In this document: positions 19,958-29,016 of the stretch, piece after piece
How positions within the stretch are numbered: the first letter of the stretch is position 1
Layout: each line of letters opens with the position of its first letter
Origin: Spirochaetia bacterium
GTDB lineage: Bacteria; Spirochaetota; Spirochaetia; WTKD01; G963693115
Length of the DNA stretch: 64,000 nt
Assembly (NCBI GenBank): GCA_965216965.1
Contig: CBDCGX010000032.1
Coordinates: 16,083-80,082, forward strand
Direction of reading: 5' to 3'
Program-made: the position numbers and the translations under genes
The notes under the pieces: generated by a model
What the model was told of the DNA's origin: nothing
The model's input: only the letters and a program-made list of their open reading frames with translations
The model's database searches: none

Positions 19958-22123
19958 ATGGCATGGAAAAAAACTGAAATTGATAAAGAACTTGTAAGAC
20001 ATATCTCTCAAAAATATAATATTCCATTGATGAATGCAATTGTTTTAGTAAGAAGGGGTATTGTTGAGGGAGAGAATATCAAGTTTTTTTTAGAAACAGA
20101 TATTAACTATTTATATCAACCATTCTTATTTCTTCAGATGGAGCAGGCTATTGATCGAATACTAAAGGCAAAGGAAGAGGGAGAGAAGGTGCTTGTGTTT
20201 GGTGATAGAGATGCAGATGGTATGGTTGGAACAACTATTGTAGTTCAATCTTTAAGAGAATACGGAATAAACACTGTGTGGAAGGTTCCACTTTCCGAAA
20301 GTGGATATGGGCTTTCTCTTGAATCAATTGCAAAAGGAGCAAAAGAAGGAGTTACTCTTATAGTTACTATAGATTGCGGAATCAGTAGTGTTGAAGAAGT
20401 TGATTATGCAAATAAGTTAGGTATTGATGTTTTAATATTTGATCACCACAATACACCACAAAAACTTCCTGATGCTTTTGCAATAGTGAATCCAAAGCGA
20501 GAGAAAGAACAGTACCCTTTTAATGATATTTGTGCGGGAGTGTTAGCACTCAAATTGAGAGTTGCACTTGCTCTAGCTCATACTAATCTCTTTAAACAAG
20601 AATATTGTCTTTTAAATGTTGTGCCCTTACAAGGAGCACATCGATTTGATGTAATGTGCGTGCGCAATCTTGTTTCCCAATGGAAAAAGAGTATTACTGT
20701 GGCAGAAGATAATGCAGACATGATGATAGAGAGGCTTGTTGGTGTTTTGGGTGATAATCCAATTATTATATATAACAAAATACAACAAGAACGCCTCATA
20801 CGTATTGCTCTAGGAGAAAAAATAGATATATATTGCGAAGATATACAAAAAATTGCATGCAAACATATTCCGGCTCTTAAAGATAAGTCTTTATTATATA
20901 TATGTGAGAATACGAGGTATTTTACATATATGGATTCAAGCTCCGATGTGGTAGAAAAAAATAGAAATGAAATTGATGCCCTTTTTAGGATATATCAGCT
21001 TGTAAATTTTAAAGAGCAAAAGGAGCTGTGTCATAGTATTGAATCTGTGATAGATTTGGCTGCACTTGCTACAGTAGCAGATATTATGCCTGTAATGGAT
21101 GAGAATCGTATTGTGCTTTACAATGGCATGCGTAAGTTAGAAAATAGTCCCTCGGTGGGTATTCGGGGCCTTTTGAAAACTATAGGACTTGAGAAGAAAA
21201 AGATACAAACAAAGACAATCGGATGGAGAATAACGCCTATTATCAATGCAAGCGGAAGAATGGGAGAAGCGGATAAAGGAGTTGAACTCTTACTTGAAAC
21301 TAATCCTCAAAAGGCGCTTGAAAAGGCACAATATTTAGTTCTACTTAATGATAAGCGAAAGAAGCAGATGGCAAAATATAAAAACGAGCTTGCAGAACAA
21401 GCAGAGAAGAGCCTGAAAGAAAATACAGATATAATTGTTGTTTATAATCCTAAAATACCTCACACCTTTACAGGAATACTTGCAGGACAGTTTGAGAGGA
21501 AATATAATGTGCCTACAATTGTGCTTTCTGAAAGAAATGACGATGTTATAAGTGGTTCCATGCGTTGTCATCATAGTTTTTGTGCGACAAAGTTTTTTGA
21601 GAGGCTTTCGTCATGGTTAATAGATTTTGGCGGTCATAAGGCGGCGGCAGGGTTTTCTATCCCAAAAGAAAAAAAGGATGATTTTTTAGCAGATCTTTCT
21701 AGAGTGTTTGTAGAATATAACACACATAATAAGAAACGAGGGAAAGATTCTATCACGTTTGTGGATATAGAAATTCCCCCAGCACATTTCTTACCAAAAG
21801 CTATAAAGGATCTTATACAGTTTTTTCAACCATATGGCGAAGGGTGGAGTCCTATTTGTGTTCTTTTAGAAAAGGTTCCTATTTGTAGTTGTAATCTTAT
21901 AGGGAAAAAAGATGAGCATATTAAAATGGTTTTACAGATAGGAGAGTATAAAATACCTGCACTTCTTTGGCAATACAAAGAGAAAATATTAAATGATAAT
22001 ATCATAGATTACACAGCATTATCTTCTATAAAGAAAGCGTCATTTATAGGTTTTTTCCAGATAGAGAGCTATTTAGAGAGTGAAGTATGTAGTTTCATTG
22101 TAGAAGATATGCTTTGGGAGTAA
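19958..22123 (+). CDS. recJ: Single-stranded-DNA-specific exonuclease RecJ
   Basis: DHH motifs: VFGDRDADGM, TIDCGISS, IFDHHN, and DHHA1 region GGHKAAAGFS; 721 aa. Confidence 0.92.
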   Translation: MAWKKTEIDKELVRHISQKYNIPLMNAIVLVRRGIVEGENIKFFLETDINYLYQPFLFLQMEQAIDRILKAKEEGEKVLVFGDRDADGMVGTTIVVQSLREYGINTVWKVPLSESGYGLSLESIAKGAKEGVTLIVTIDCGISSVEEVDYANKLGIDVLIFDHHNTPQKLPDAFAIVNPKREKEQYPFNDICAGVLALKLRVALALAHTNLFKQEYCLLNVVPLQGAHRFDVMCVRNLVSQWKKSITVAEDNADMMIERLVGVLGDNPIIIYNKIQQERLIRIALGEKIDIYCEDIQKIACKHIPALKDKSLLYICENTRYFTYMDSSSDVVEKNRNEIDALFRIYQLVNFKEQKELCHSIESVIDLAALATVADIMPVMDENRIVLYNGMRKLENSPSVGIRGLLKTIGLEKKKIQTKTIGWRITPIINASGRMGEADKGVELLLETNPQKALEKAQYLVLLNDKRKKQMAKYKNELAEQAEKSLKENTDIIVVYNPKIPHTFTGILAGQFERKYNVPTIVLSERNDDVISGSMRCHHSFCATKFFERLSSWLIDFGGHKAAAGFSIPKEKKDDFLADLSRVFVEYNTHNKKRGKDSITFVDIEIPPAHFLPKAIKDLIQFFQPYGEGWSPICVLLEKVPICSCNLIGKKDEHIKMVLQIGEYKIPALLWQYKEKILNDNIIDYTALSSIKKASFIGFFQIESYLESEVCSFIVEDMLWE

Positions 22124-22288
22124 TATGATATAAAGGTAAAGGGGTCGTACGTAATAATATATTTTAAATTTAAAAAGGGGTTATACTCATTTGTAAGGGA
22201 GCATAAGAAATTATATTTTTTCTTATTTATATTTCTTTGTTATTCTTTTATAAGTTATGCGAGTGGCGTAGGAAGTAAAAATGTTTTT

Positions 22289-23176
22289 TTGCAAGACAAT
22301 GAAAAGGACGTAGGAATTACAAAAAATGTAGGGGTAGGAATTACAGCTGTTCCTGGCGCTGTTGTTGCAATACAAATAAATATACCTAAGAATGAAATTT
22401 CTAATTTCACAGTGGTGCTTATGCAACATGGAACCATTATATTGGAAGACATTCCACTTGTAGAAAATAATGAAGTCGCTATGTTTTTTGTTGCATTATC
22501 TTCCATTATAAAAGCAGGCAGATATGTATTGTTTTTAAAAAAGAATGAATTGCTTTATTATCCATTAGAAATGCTTGTTGTTATAGAAAAGAAATTCAAA
22601 TCAGAAGAAGTGTTTGTTAAACCACAAACCGCAAAAATATTAAAACAAGACAAAGAAAAAATTAAACAAGCACGATTCCTTTGGAACTTAACGGGGACTA
22701 TACTTAAAAAAGATGTATATCAATACGACATGTTTTTGTGTCCAATTAAAACATATAAAAGAATATCAAGTCAGTATGGAGATAGAAGAACATATAAAAG
22801 CGGAAAAGACATATATGTGGGAAGAAGTATTCATAAAGGAATAGATTTTTCTGCAGAGATGGGAACAGATATATATGCACCAGCAAAGGGGAAAGTGGTG
22901 TTTGCGGATAATAGGATTGTTACAGGTAAGACGATAGTATTGGCACATTACCCTGGTGTATATTCTCTTTTTTATCATATGGATGAAATCTCTGTGCAAA
23001 TAGGACAGGAGGTTACTAGCAATGACGTGATAGGTAAAGTTGGCAGTACGGGATTTTCTACTGGATCTCATCTTCATTGGGAAGTAAGGGTAAATAATAT
23101 TCAAGTTAACCCTACTAGTTTTTTTAAGGAGATGAATAATACTATGCTCATATGGACTCAAAATGGAAAAGAATAA
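22289..23176 (+). CDS. M23 family metallopeptidase
   Basis: HKGIDFSAEMGTDIYAP..GSTGFSTGSHLHWEV (HxxxD and HxH motifs). The start is uncertain: TTG at 22289 is the first canonical start, but the frame is open from 22124 (see findings). Confidence 0.85.
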   Translation: MQDNEKDVGITKNVGVGITAVPGAVVAIQINIPKNEISNFTVVLMQHGTIILEDIPLVENNEVAMFFVALSSIIKAGRYVLFLKKNELLYYPLEMLVVIEKKFKSEEVFVKPQTAKILKQDKEKIKQARFLWNLTGTILKKDVYQYDMFLCPIKTYKRISSQYGDRRTYKSGKDIYVGRSIHKGIDFSAEMGTDIYAPAKGKVVFADNRIVTGKTIVLAHYPGVYSLFYHMDEISVQIGQEVTSNDVIGKVGSTGFSTGSHLHWEVRVNNIQVNPTSFFKEMNNTMLIWTQNGKE

Positions 23177-23250
23177 GAATTTATATAAAAAAAGCATATT
23201 TATAGTTGGCATAATTCTTGGTATTCTTATATAATATTTTCTATTCTGGC

Positions 23251-23278
23251 TTGACAAATAAAAAACTTTATCTATATC
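23251..23278 (+). promoter_or_regulatory. Candidate sigma-70 promoter for rpsU
   Basis: TTGACA (23251-23256), 16-nt spacer, TATATC (23273-23278), ~40 nt upstream of the rpsU RBS. Confidence 0.35.
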
Positions 23279-23315
23279 ATTAACAGTACAGAGTAATTAA
23301 AAAAGGAGGTTAGCT

Positions 23316-23528
23316 ATAGCGGTATCTATTGAAGTAGGTTCTCATGAACCAATGGAAAAAGTACTTAAACGTTTTAAGAGACTTGTAGACAGAGAAGGCA
23401 TTATAAAAGAGTGTAAGAAGCGAGAGTTTTATGAGAAGCCATCTATTATTAGAAATAGAAAAAAGAAGTCTCTTCAAAGAAAGATTGAAAAAAAGATTCG
23501 TCGTCTTCGTGTTGGAAGGCATTATTAA
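23316..23528 (+). CDS. rpsU: 30S ribosomal protein S21; not in the ORF track, apparent ATA start
   Basis: AAGGAGG (23303-23309), 6 nt, then ATA. Translation (M)[69 protein letters not shown] aligns over its full length with S21 (E. coli [28 protein letters not shown]..). The track shows only the antisense ORF 23310..23555. Confidence 0.85.
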   Translation: [70 protein letters not shown]

Positions 23529-23602
23529 GAATATTTTGAGACTACGTTTTATCACATTATTTATAAATGATTTATTCTATGGTTGAATAATAGTTTTGCT
23601 CT

Positions 23603-24427
23603 ATGATAGCTTCAGTAATTATGGTTTTTCATATTATGAAAGGAATCATGCGGTTATTTTTATCTATTATTAGAGATAGTAAAAACATTCCTTCAATGTC
23701 TATTTTGGGGTTGGGAGTGTTTTTTTTTATTTTGTCATGTAGTAGTGCTGATCCTATTATTTATGATTTTAAATGGCAATTACAAGCCCTACAAGACCAA
23801 GAGGGTAAGAGTGGTTCTAATATAAAAGAACGACTACTTATTCAGTTACTTGCTGATGATGATGATGGGTTTGAAGAGTTGTATGAGATATATGTAATTA
23901 ACGATAAGAGTGAACTATATTGGCGAATAATTTCTGATGAATGGAAGACGGTATACTTTGATCAAAAACAGTGGATATTATTATCTAATATTGAAGTAAA
24001 TGATTTTACCTCTTTGCCAAGAGGAGAGTATAGAATACTTCTTCGCGATTTATCGGGGTATAGTGATGAGAAATCTTTTATGTTAAATGATAATGTAAAA
24101 TATAGTAATATGGATTTTCCTACGGTTAAAAGAGCAAAGCAATATAGTATTACTCCGTATTTTGAGTCATCAAAAAACACGTCTTATGTGGGTGATGAGG
24201 CTCCAATATCTCAACTATTTCAGATTGTATATAGTAGCAATGAAAATAGTGCAAACAAACAGCAAATACAGCGTGGTTCTAATGGAGCACTTTATACAAT
24301 ACAAAATAAAGAAGATATATATTTTTTAGTTGTAGGAAATACTTCTTTTGAAACATATGTACATAAGATTGTAAATCCGTCTCTCATACTTACGAGCGGC
24401 CCTCATATATTTTCTTTTTCAAATTAG
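23603..24427 (+). CDS. Lipoprotein, unknown function
   Basis: Lipobox FFFILSC. The real start is probably an internal Met (23636-23696). Confidence 0.6.
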   Translation: MIASVIMVFHIMKGIMRLFLSIIRDSKNIPSMSILGLGVFFFILSCSSADPIIYDFKWQLQALQDQEGKSGSNIKERLLIQLLADDDDGFEELYEIYVINDKSELYWRIISDEWKTVYFDQKQWILLSNIEVNDFTSLPRGEYRILLRDLSGYSDEKSFMLNDNVKYSNMDFPTVKRAKQYSITPYFESSKNTSYVGDEAPISQLFQIVYSSNENSANKQQIQRGSNGALYTIQNKEDIYFLVVGNTSFETYVHKIVNPSLILTSGPHIFSFSN

Positions 24428-24483
24428 TAAAGTATGTATAACAATAATAAAAAAAATCTATCAAGTAAAGAGTAATAAGTATA

Positions 24484-25299
24484 ATGCTATATATGAGTGT
24501 ATATACAATATTGTTATATGCAGAAGGAATCCTCGCTGTCTGTGTATTTTTCTTTTTATTTAAAAACACTGCTCCTTATGGGAGATATTCTCATAAAAGA
24601 AAACATGCTTTCTCATATAGGATGGGATGGTTTATTATGGAATTGCCTGCTGTGTTTGTAATAGTGCTTGTCTATATAGCAAGTGTAAGCACTTTTTCAC
24701 AAAGAGCATCTGTTTCTTTGTATCAAAAGGAAATAATGCTTGTACAGCTATTGTTCTTGGGGGTGTGGGAAACACATTACATATATAGAACATTTATATT
24801 TCCATTCTTAAGTAAAAATAAGAAAAATGCATTCCCATTATCTGTTGTTTTTTCTGGTATGATATTTAATTGTATAAATGGGTTTATCAATGGGTGGGCA
24901 TTGTTTTTTCTTCCTTATGTCTATGTATATGAGGACACTAATTTTATAACAGTTTTTTCAACGGTTCATTTTTTAATAGGTATAGTATTATTTTTTGGAG
25001 GATATGTAATACATATTTACAGCGATGCAGTGCTTCGTAACACTAAGAAAGAGAATAAGGGAGAGTATGGAATTCCAAACAAGTTTCTTCATAAATATGT
25101 CACTGCCCCAAATTACTTTGGAGAAATAATACAATGGTTAGGATTTGCTATAATGACATTATCTCCTTCGGGATTTGTATTTGCATTTTTCACAATTGCT
25201 AACCTTGTTCCAAGGGCATTTGCACATAGGAAATGGTATATAATGAAGTTTCCATATTATCCTAGTACTAGGAAAGTAATTATTCCATTTATTATTTAG
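24484..25299 (+). CDS. 3-oxo-5-alpha-steroid 4-dehydrogenase (steroid 5-alpha-reductase) family membrane protein
   Basis: Polytopic membrane protein with the family C-terminal motif YVTAPNYFGEIIQWLGFAI..RAFAHRKWY. Confidence 0.8.
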   Translation: MLYMSVYTILLYAEGILAVCVFFFLFKNTAPYGRYSHKRKHAFSYRMGWFIMELPAVFVIVLVYIASVSTFSQRASVSLYQKEIMLVQLLFLGVWETHYIYRTFIFPFLSKNKKNAFPLSVVFSGMIFNCINGFINGWALFFLPYVYVYEDTNFITVFSTVHFLIGIVLFFGGYVIHIYSDAVLRNTKKENKGEYGIPNKFLHKYVTAPNYFGEIIQWLGFAIMTLSPSGFVFAFFTIANLVPRAFAHRKWYIMKFPYYPSTRKVIIPFII

Positions 25300-25351
25300 G
25301 GGTAGTCATTCATTTACACAGAGAAGACTGATTAGTGTAATATAATAGAAT

Positions 25352-26341
25352 ATGAGTATAACAGTTGCAGTAACCGGAGCTTCGGGATATTTGGGGAATG
25401 TTCTTATTAGAAAACTTCTTGCGAAAAAAGTCAAAATTCGTGCGTTTGTGCATAATCATGATGAGGTGTTACAAAACCTTGATCTTACTCTTATTAAAGG
25501 AGACGTACGCAATGTGGAATCGGTAAGAGAGCTTATTCGGGGATGCGATATAGTATATCACTGTGCCGCATATATTTCTATAGTATCGTATGATAAGAAA
25601 CAGCTTTTTGATGTAAATTTGCAAGGTACACGAAATATTATTATAGCTTGCGAAGAAAATAACGCAAAGCTTATATATATAAGTTCAATAGAAGCGGTGG
25701 GGAAAATACATGAGAAAATCCACAATGAAGACGATGGATTTAATCCACCTCAAACACTTATACAATATGGAATGAGCAAATCAATGGCTTCTATTGAGGT
25801 CCTAAAAGCAAGCAAAGAAAAAAGAATTAATTCGGTAATTATATGCCCTACAGGTATTATAGGCCCTTTTGAACATGGAACATCTCCACTTGGAAAAATG
25901 GTGAGAGATTTTATTTCAAAGAAACTTATTGCATCTATAGCAAAGGGAGGTTTTTGTTTTGTGGATGTTCGCGATGTTGCTGATGTAGCAATAATGGCAG
26001 GTGAAAAAAAAGAAAAAATAGAGGGCCATTACATTGTATCTGGAGAGTATTTGGAAATTTCTGATATGATGAGAATACTACACGAAGTCTCGGGAGTACG
26101 TCCCCCATTTTTTAGCATCTCACTTTTCATGTTACATATTCTTTCAATATTCATAGAACCCATGTCGTATGTTTTAAAAACCAATCCAATTTTTACATCT
26201 GGATCTTTCCGTGTACTTGCAAGTCGTTTGCATGTGAGATCAAAATATCTTAAGCGGGATTTTAATATTATTCCGAGATTAGCAAAGGATTCTTTACGTG
26301 ATCAAGTGTTATGGTATAAAGGCGGAAAAGTACAATTGTAA
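25352..26341 (+). CDS. NAD(P)-dependent extended SDR (epimerase/dehydratase; 3-beta-HSD/dihydroflavonol-reductase-like)
   Basis: N-terminal Rossmann motif VTGASGYLG and catalytic YxxxK in YGMSK; 329 aa. Confidence 0.8.
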   Translation: MSITVAVTGASGYLGNVLIRKLLAKKVKIRAFVHNHDEVLQNLDLTLIKGDVRNVESVRELIRGCDIVYHCAAYISIVSYDKKQLFDVNLQGTRNIIIACEENNAKLIYISSIEAVGKIHEKIHNEDDGFNPPQTLIQYGMSKSMASIEVLKASKEKRINSVIICPTGIIGPFEHGTSPLGKMVRDFISKKLIASIAKGGFCFVDVRDVADVAIMAGEKKEKIEGHYIVSGEYLEISDMMRILHEVSGVRPPFFSISLFMLHILSIFIEPMSYVLKTNPIFTSGSFRVLASRLHVRSKYLKRDFNIIPRLAKDSLRDQVLWYKGGKVQL

Positions 26342-26431
26342 AAGCAAATGTTTCATGTACTGAGATGATTATAGTATGTGATTTATGATATAATACTATA
26401 AGTAAAAAGATTGTAAGAATCTTTAAAAATT

Positions 26432-27781
26432 ATGGCATTACAGGATCATTCTATACGAACATCTCAATCTCAACAGACCCTGTTTACACAACAGCTTGTG
26501 AGAAACGTATCATTACTATCCTGTAATATTGATCAACTGAGAAAGGTAGTGCTAAAAGAGATTGAAAATAATCCTGCACTTGAAATTATAGAAGAGCTTG
26601 ATCACGAGAGCTTAGAAAAAATAGAATATGATAAATATACAGGATATGATGCGAGTAAGCATTCTGAATTTATAGAAAGTTTACTTACATATCCAGAAAC
26701 GCTTAATGAATATTTGCTTAAACAGTTTCGATTAGAAGTAGATGATCCAATTGATATAAAAATAGGAACTCGGATTATAGAAAATCTGGATGAAGAGGGA
26801 TTTCTAAAGGATGATGTTTTTAAACTGTGCATGATAGATAACGTAACAAAAGAGCGTGTTACATCTGTACAACGGTATATACAAAGCCTGGACCCTGTTG
26901 GGTGTGCAACAAAAGATTCTAAAGAAAGCGTTAAAGTACAACTTTCATTTTTAGATGCTCCTCCAGAGATACTAAAGAGAATGGAAACGTATTTTTCTTT
27001 GATGTTTGATGAACGGTTTAAAAAGGATGATAATGCGAAAGCAACGAGGCAAAAACGCCAAAGAGAAAAAGAGATTTTAGAAAATTTACATGATGAGTCA
27101 TTACGAATATATTTGCACGGTATAAGTCCATATCCTGGGTTGTTATACAACCAATATTACTCTCAAAATTCCAAAGAAGATTATATTATTCCTGATGCAG
27201 TGGTTGAAATGGATGAAGAAGAAATAAAAGTAAAAATAAATAATGATATTATTCCTGTTATTGGTATTTCTGAGAGAATTGTAAAGACTTCCAAAGAAAA
27301 AGATAAGGATATGAGAATGTTTTCGACAAGTCTTTTACATTCTGCTCAGAGCTTTATTGCGGGCTTGCAATATAGAGCGACTGCGGTGAAAAGAGTTGTT
27401 TTATATATTGTTCAATATCAGCGAGCCTTTTTGATGTCCTTACAGGATTCTCCTCAAGCACTTACGCGAAAACAGGTAGCGAAGGATTTGCAAATAAATG
27501 AATCAACTGTCTCTCGCATTGTTTCAGAAAAATATATTCAGACTCCTAAAGGCATATTCCCTTTGAGATATTTCTTGTCTCATGGTATTGGTACTAGTAA
27601 TATAAGTGTACAGGAAGTATTAAAAGCAATAGAAGATATTTTACAACAATATTCTTATAATAAAAAACCAACTGATGAAGAACTTGTAGCATTACTTGCT
27701 CAAAAGAATATTATTCTTGCTCGTAGAACTGTTGCGAAATATAGGAAAAAAGTAGAAGAACATAAGAAAGAACATGAGTGA
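26432..27781 (+). CDS. rpoN: RNA polymerase sigma-54 factor
   Basis: C-terminal HTH ..LQINESTVSRIV.. and RpoN box ARRTVAKYR. N-terminal Gln-rich region. Confidence 0.92.
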   Translation: MALQDHSIRTSQSQQTLFTQQLVRNVSLLSCNIDQLRKVVLKEIENNPALEIIEELDHESLEKIEYDKYTGYDASKHSEFIESLLTYPETLNEYLLKQFRLEVDDPIDIKIGTRIIENLDEEGFLKDDVFKLCMIDNVTKERVTSVQRYIQSLDPVGCATKDSKESVKVQLSFLDAPPEILKRMETYFSLMFDERFKKDDNAKATRQKRQREKEILENLHDESLRIYLHGISPYPGLLYNQYYSQNSKEDYIIPDAVVEMDEEEIKVKINNDIIPVIGISERIVKTSKEKDKDMRMFSTSLLHSAQSFIAGLQYRATAVKRVVLYIVQYQRAFLMSLQDSPQALTRKQVAKDLQINESTVSRIVSEKYIQTPKGIFPLRYFLSHGIGTSNISVQEVLKAIEDILQQYSYNKKPTDEELVALLAQKNIILARRTVAKYRKKVEEHKKEHE

Positions 27782-28715
27782 ACAACAATCTGTTACAGTA
27801 TTAGATATTTTAACGTCATTTCGTTTCCAAAAAAACAGTATTCAACTTACATGTGTTGCTGGTCGCAAAGGACTTTTAAATCCTGTTACGAGTGCGCTTA
27901 ATCGCCCAGGATTAGCTCTTAATGGATACTTTGAATATTTTGGAAAGGATAGAATACAACTTTTTGGTCAAGGTGAGATTGGGTTTTTACATGCTTTAGA
28001 AAAAAAGAAAAAAATCAAAGGGATTCTCAAGAGATATTTTGAACGTAAGGTATCGTGTTGTGTTGTTTCGCATATCAATAACAATATGCCGTCTAAAACA
28101 TTTATAGAGTTTTGTAACAAATATAATTGCCCACTCCTTTATAGTCCTTTATCGACTTATGAGTTGAGTATGAGGTTATATAGAGTATTGAATAATTTTT
28201 TCTCTCCTTCAGAATTAATGCATGGCGTGTTTATGGATATAGGCGATGTAGGAGTATTTATTAAGGGGAAAAGTGGGGTCGGAAAGAGTGAGGCTGCATT
28301 AGGATTATTGTCATCAGGATCAAATAGACTTGTAGCAGATGATGTTGTATTATTTCGTCGTATTGATGATACTATTATAGGGACTCCCCCTAATATTACA
28401 CGATACAAACATCATCTTGAAATACGAGGACTGGGCTTTGTAAATCTCTCACAAATTTATGGTATTAATGTTATGCTTAATAGAAAAGAGCTTGAAATAA
28501 TTATAGAGCTTGTTGAATGGAATAAATCATACACGGAAAACCTTGATAGGTTTGAACGAGAAGAATATACAAATGTGCTAGGCGTTAAGGTGGCATATCT
28601 AAAAGTTCCTATAAAGGCGGGAAGAAATGTTTCTAATATTATAGAAACGGCTGCTATTAAGCATAGGCTAAAGGTAATGGGATACCATGGTAAAGAAGAT
28701 CCATTTTTGTGGTAA
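27774..28715 (+). CDS. hprK: HPr kinase/phosphorylase
   Basis: P-loop GKSGVGKSEAAL, LVADD, HLEIRGLG signature. Overlaps the rpoN stop by 8 nt. Confidence 0.92.
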   Translation: MSEQQSVTVLDILTSFRFQKNSIQLTCVAGRKGLLNPVTSALNRPGLALNGYFEYFGKDRIQLFGQGEIGFLHALEKKKKIKGILKRYFERKVSCCVVSHINNNMPSKTFIEFCNKYNCPLLYSPLSTYELSMRLYRVLNNFFSPSELMHGVFMDIGDVGVFIKGKSGVGKSEAALGLLSSGSNRLVADDVVLFRRIDDTIIGTPPNITRYKHHLEIRGLGFVNLSQIYGINVMLNRKELEIIIELVEWNKSYTENLDRFEREEYTNVLGVKVAYLKVPIKAGRNVSNIIETAAIKHRLKVMGYHGKEDPFLW

Positions 28716-28737
28716 TATTTGCTATAATATAAAAATT

Positions 28738-29001
28738 ATGTTAGAAAAACACGTTACTATTTTAAATAAAGCGGGACTTCATGCACGCCCGTCATCTATG
28801 ATAGTTAAAGTTGCATCAAAATATAACAGTGAAGTATATTTAGGGTATGAAGGGAATATGATAAATGCGAAATCAATTATGGGTGTTATGACGCTGGGCG
28901 CAGGATATGGTGTTGAATTAAAGCTTGTTGTCGATGGTTCAGACGAAGGTGATGCAATAAAAGAAATCGGTGCTTTGTTTAAGAATAAGTTTACAGAGTA
29001 G
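28738..29001 (+). CDS. ptsH: Phosphocarrier protein HPr/NPr
   Basis: MLEKHVTILNKAGLHARPSS (His15 site) and AKSIMGVMTLG (Ser46 site). Start taken at the internal Met of ORF 28687..29001. Confidence 0.9.
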   Translation: MLEKHVTILNKAGLHARPSSMIVKVASKYNSEVYLGYEGNMINAKSIMGVMTLGAGYGVELKLVVDGSDEGDAIKEIGALFKNKFTE

Positions 29002-29016
29002 TAGAGTTTGTAAATA

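Noticed and set aside
22766-23257. ORF 22766..23257(-), 163 aa
   Set aside because: It is antisense to the M23 peptidase catalytic domain, with no motifs. Long antisense ORFs are expected in AT-rich coding DNA.
23310-23555. ORF 23310..23555(-), 81 aa
   Set aside because: It is antisense to a clearly recognisable rpsU on the plus strand.
26365-26400. 9-bp inverted repeat TTATAGTAT..ATACTATAA upstream of rpoN
   Set aside because: It has short AT-only arms, a 15-nt loop and no U-tract, which is consistent with chance in AT-rich DNA.
26602-27150. ORF 26602..27150(-), 182 aa
   Set aside because: It is antisense to rpoN and Ser-rich low complexity, with no independent support.
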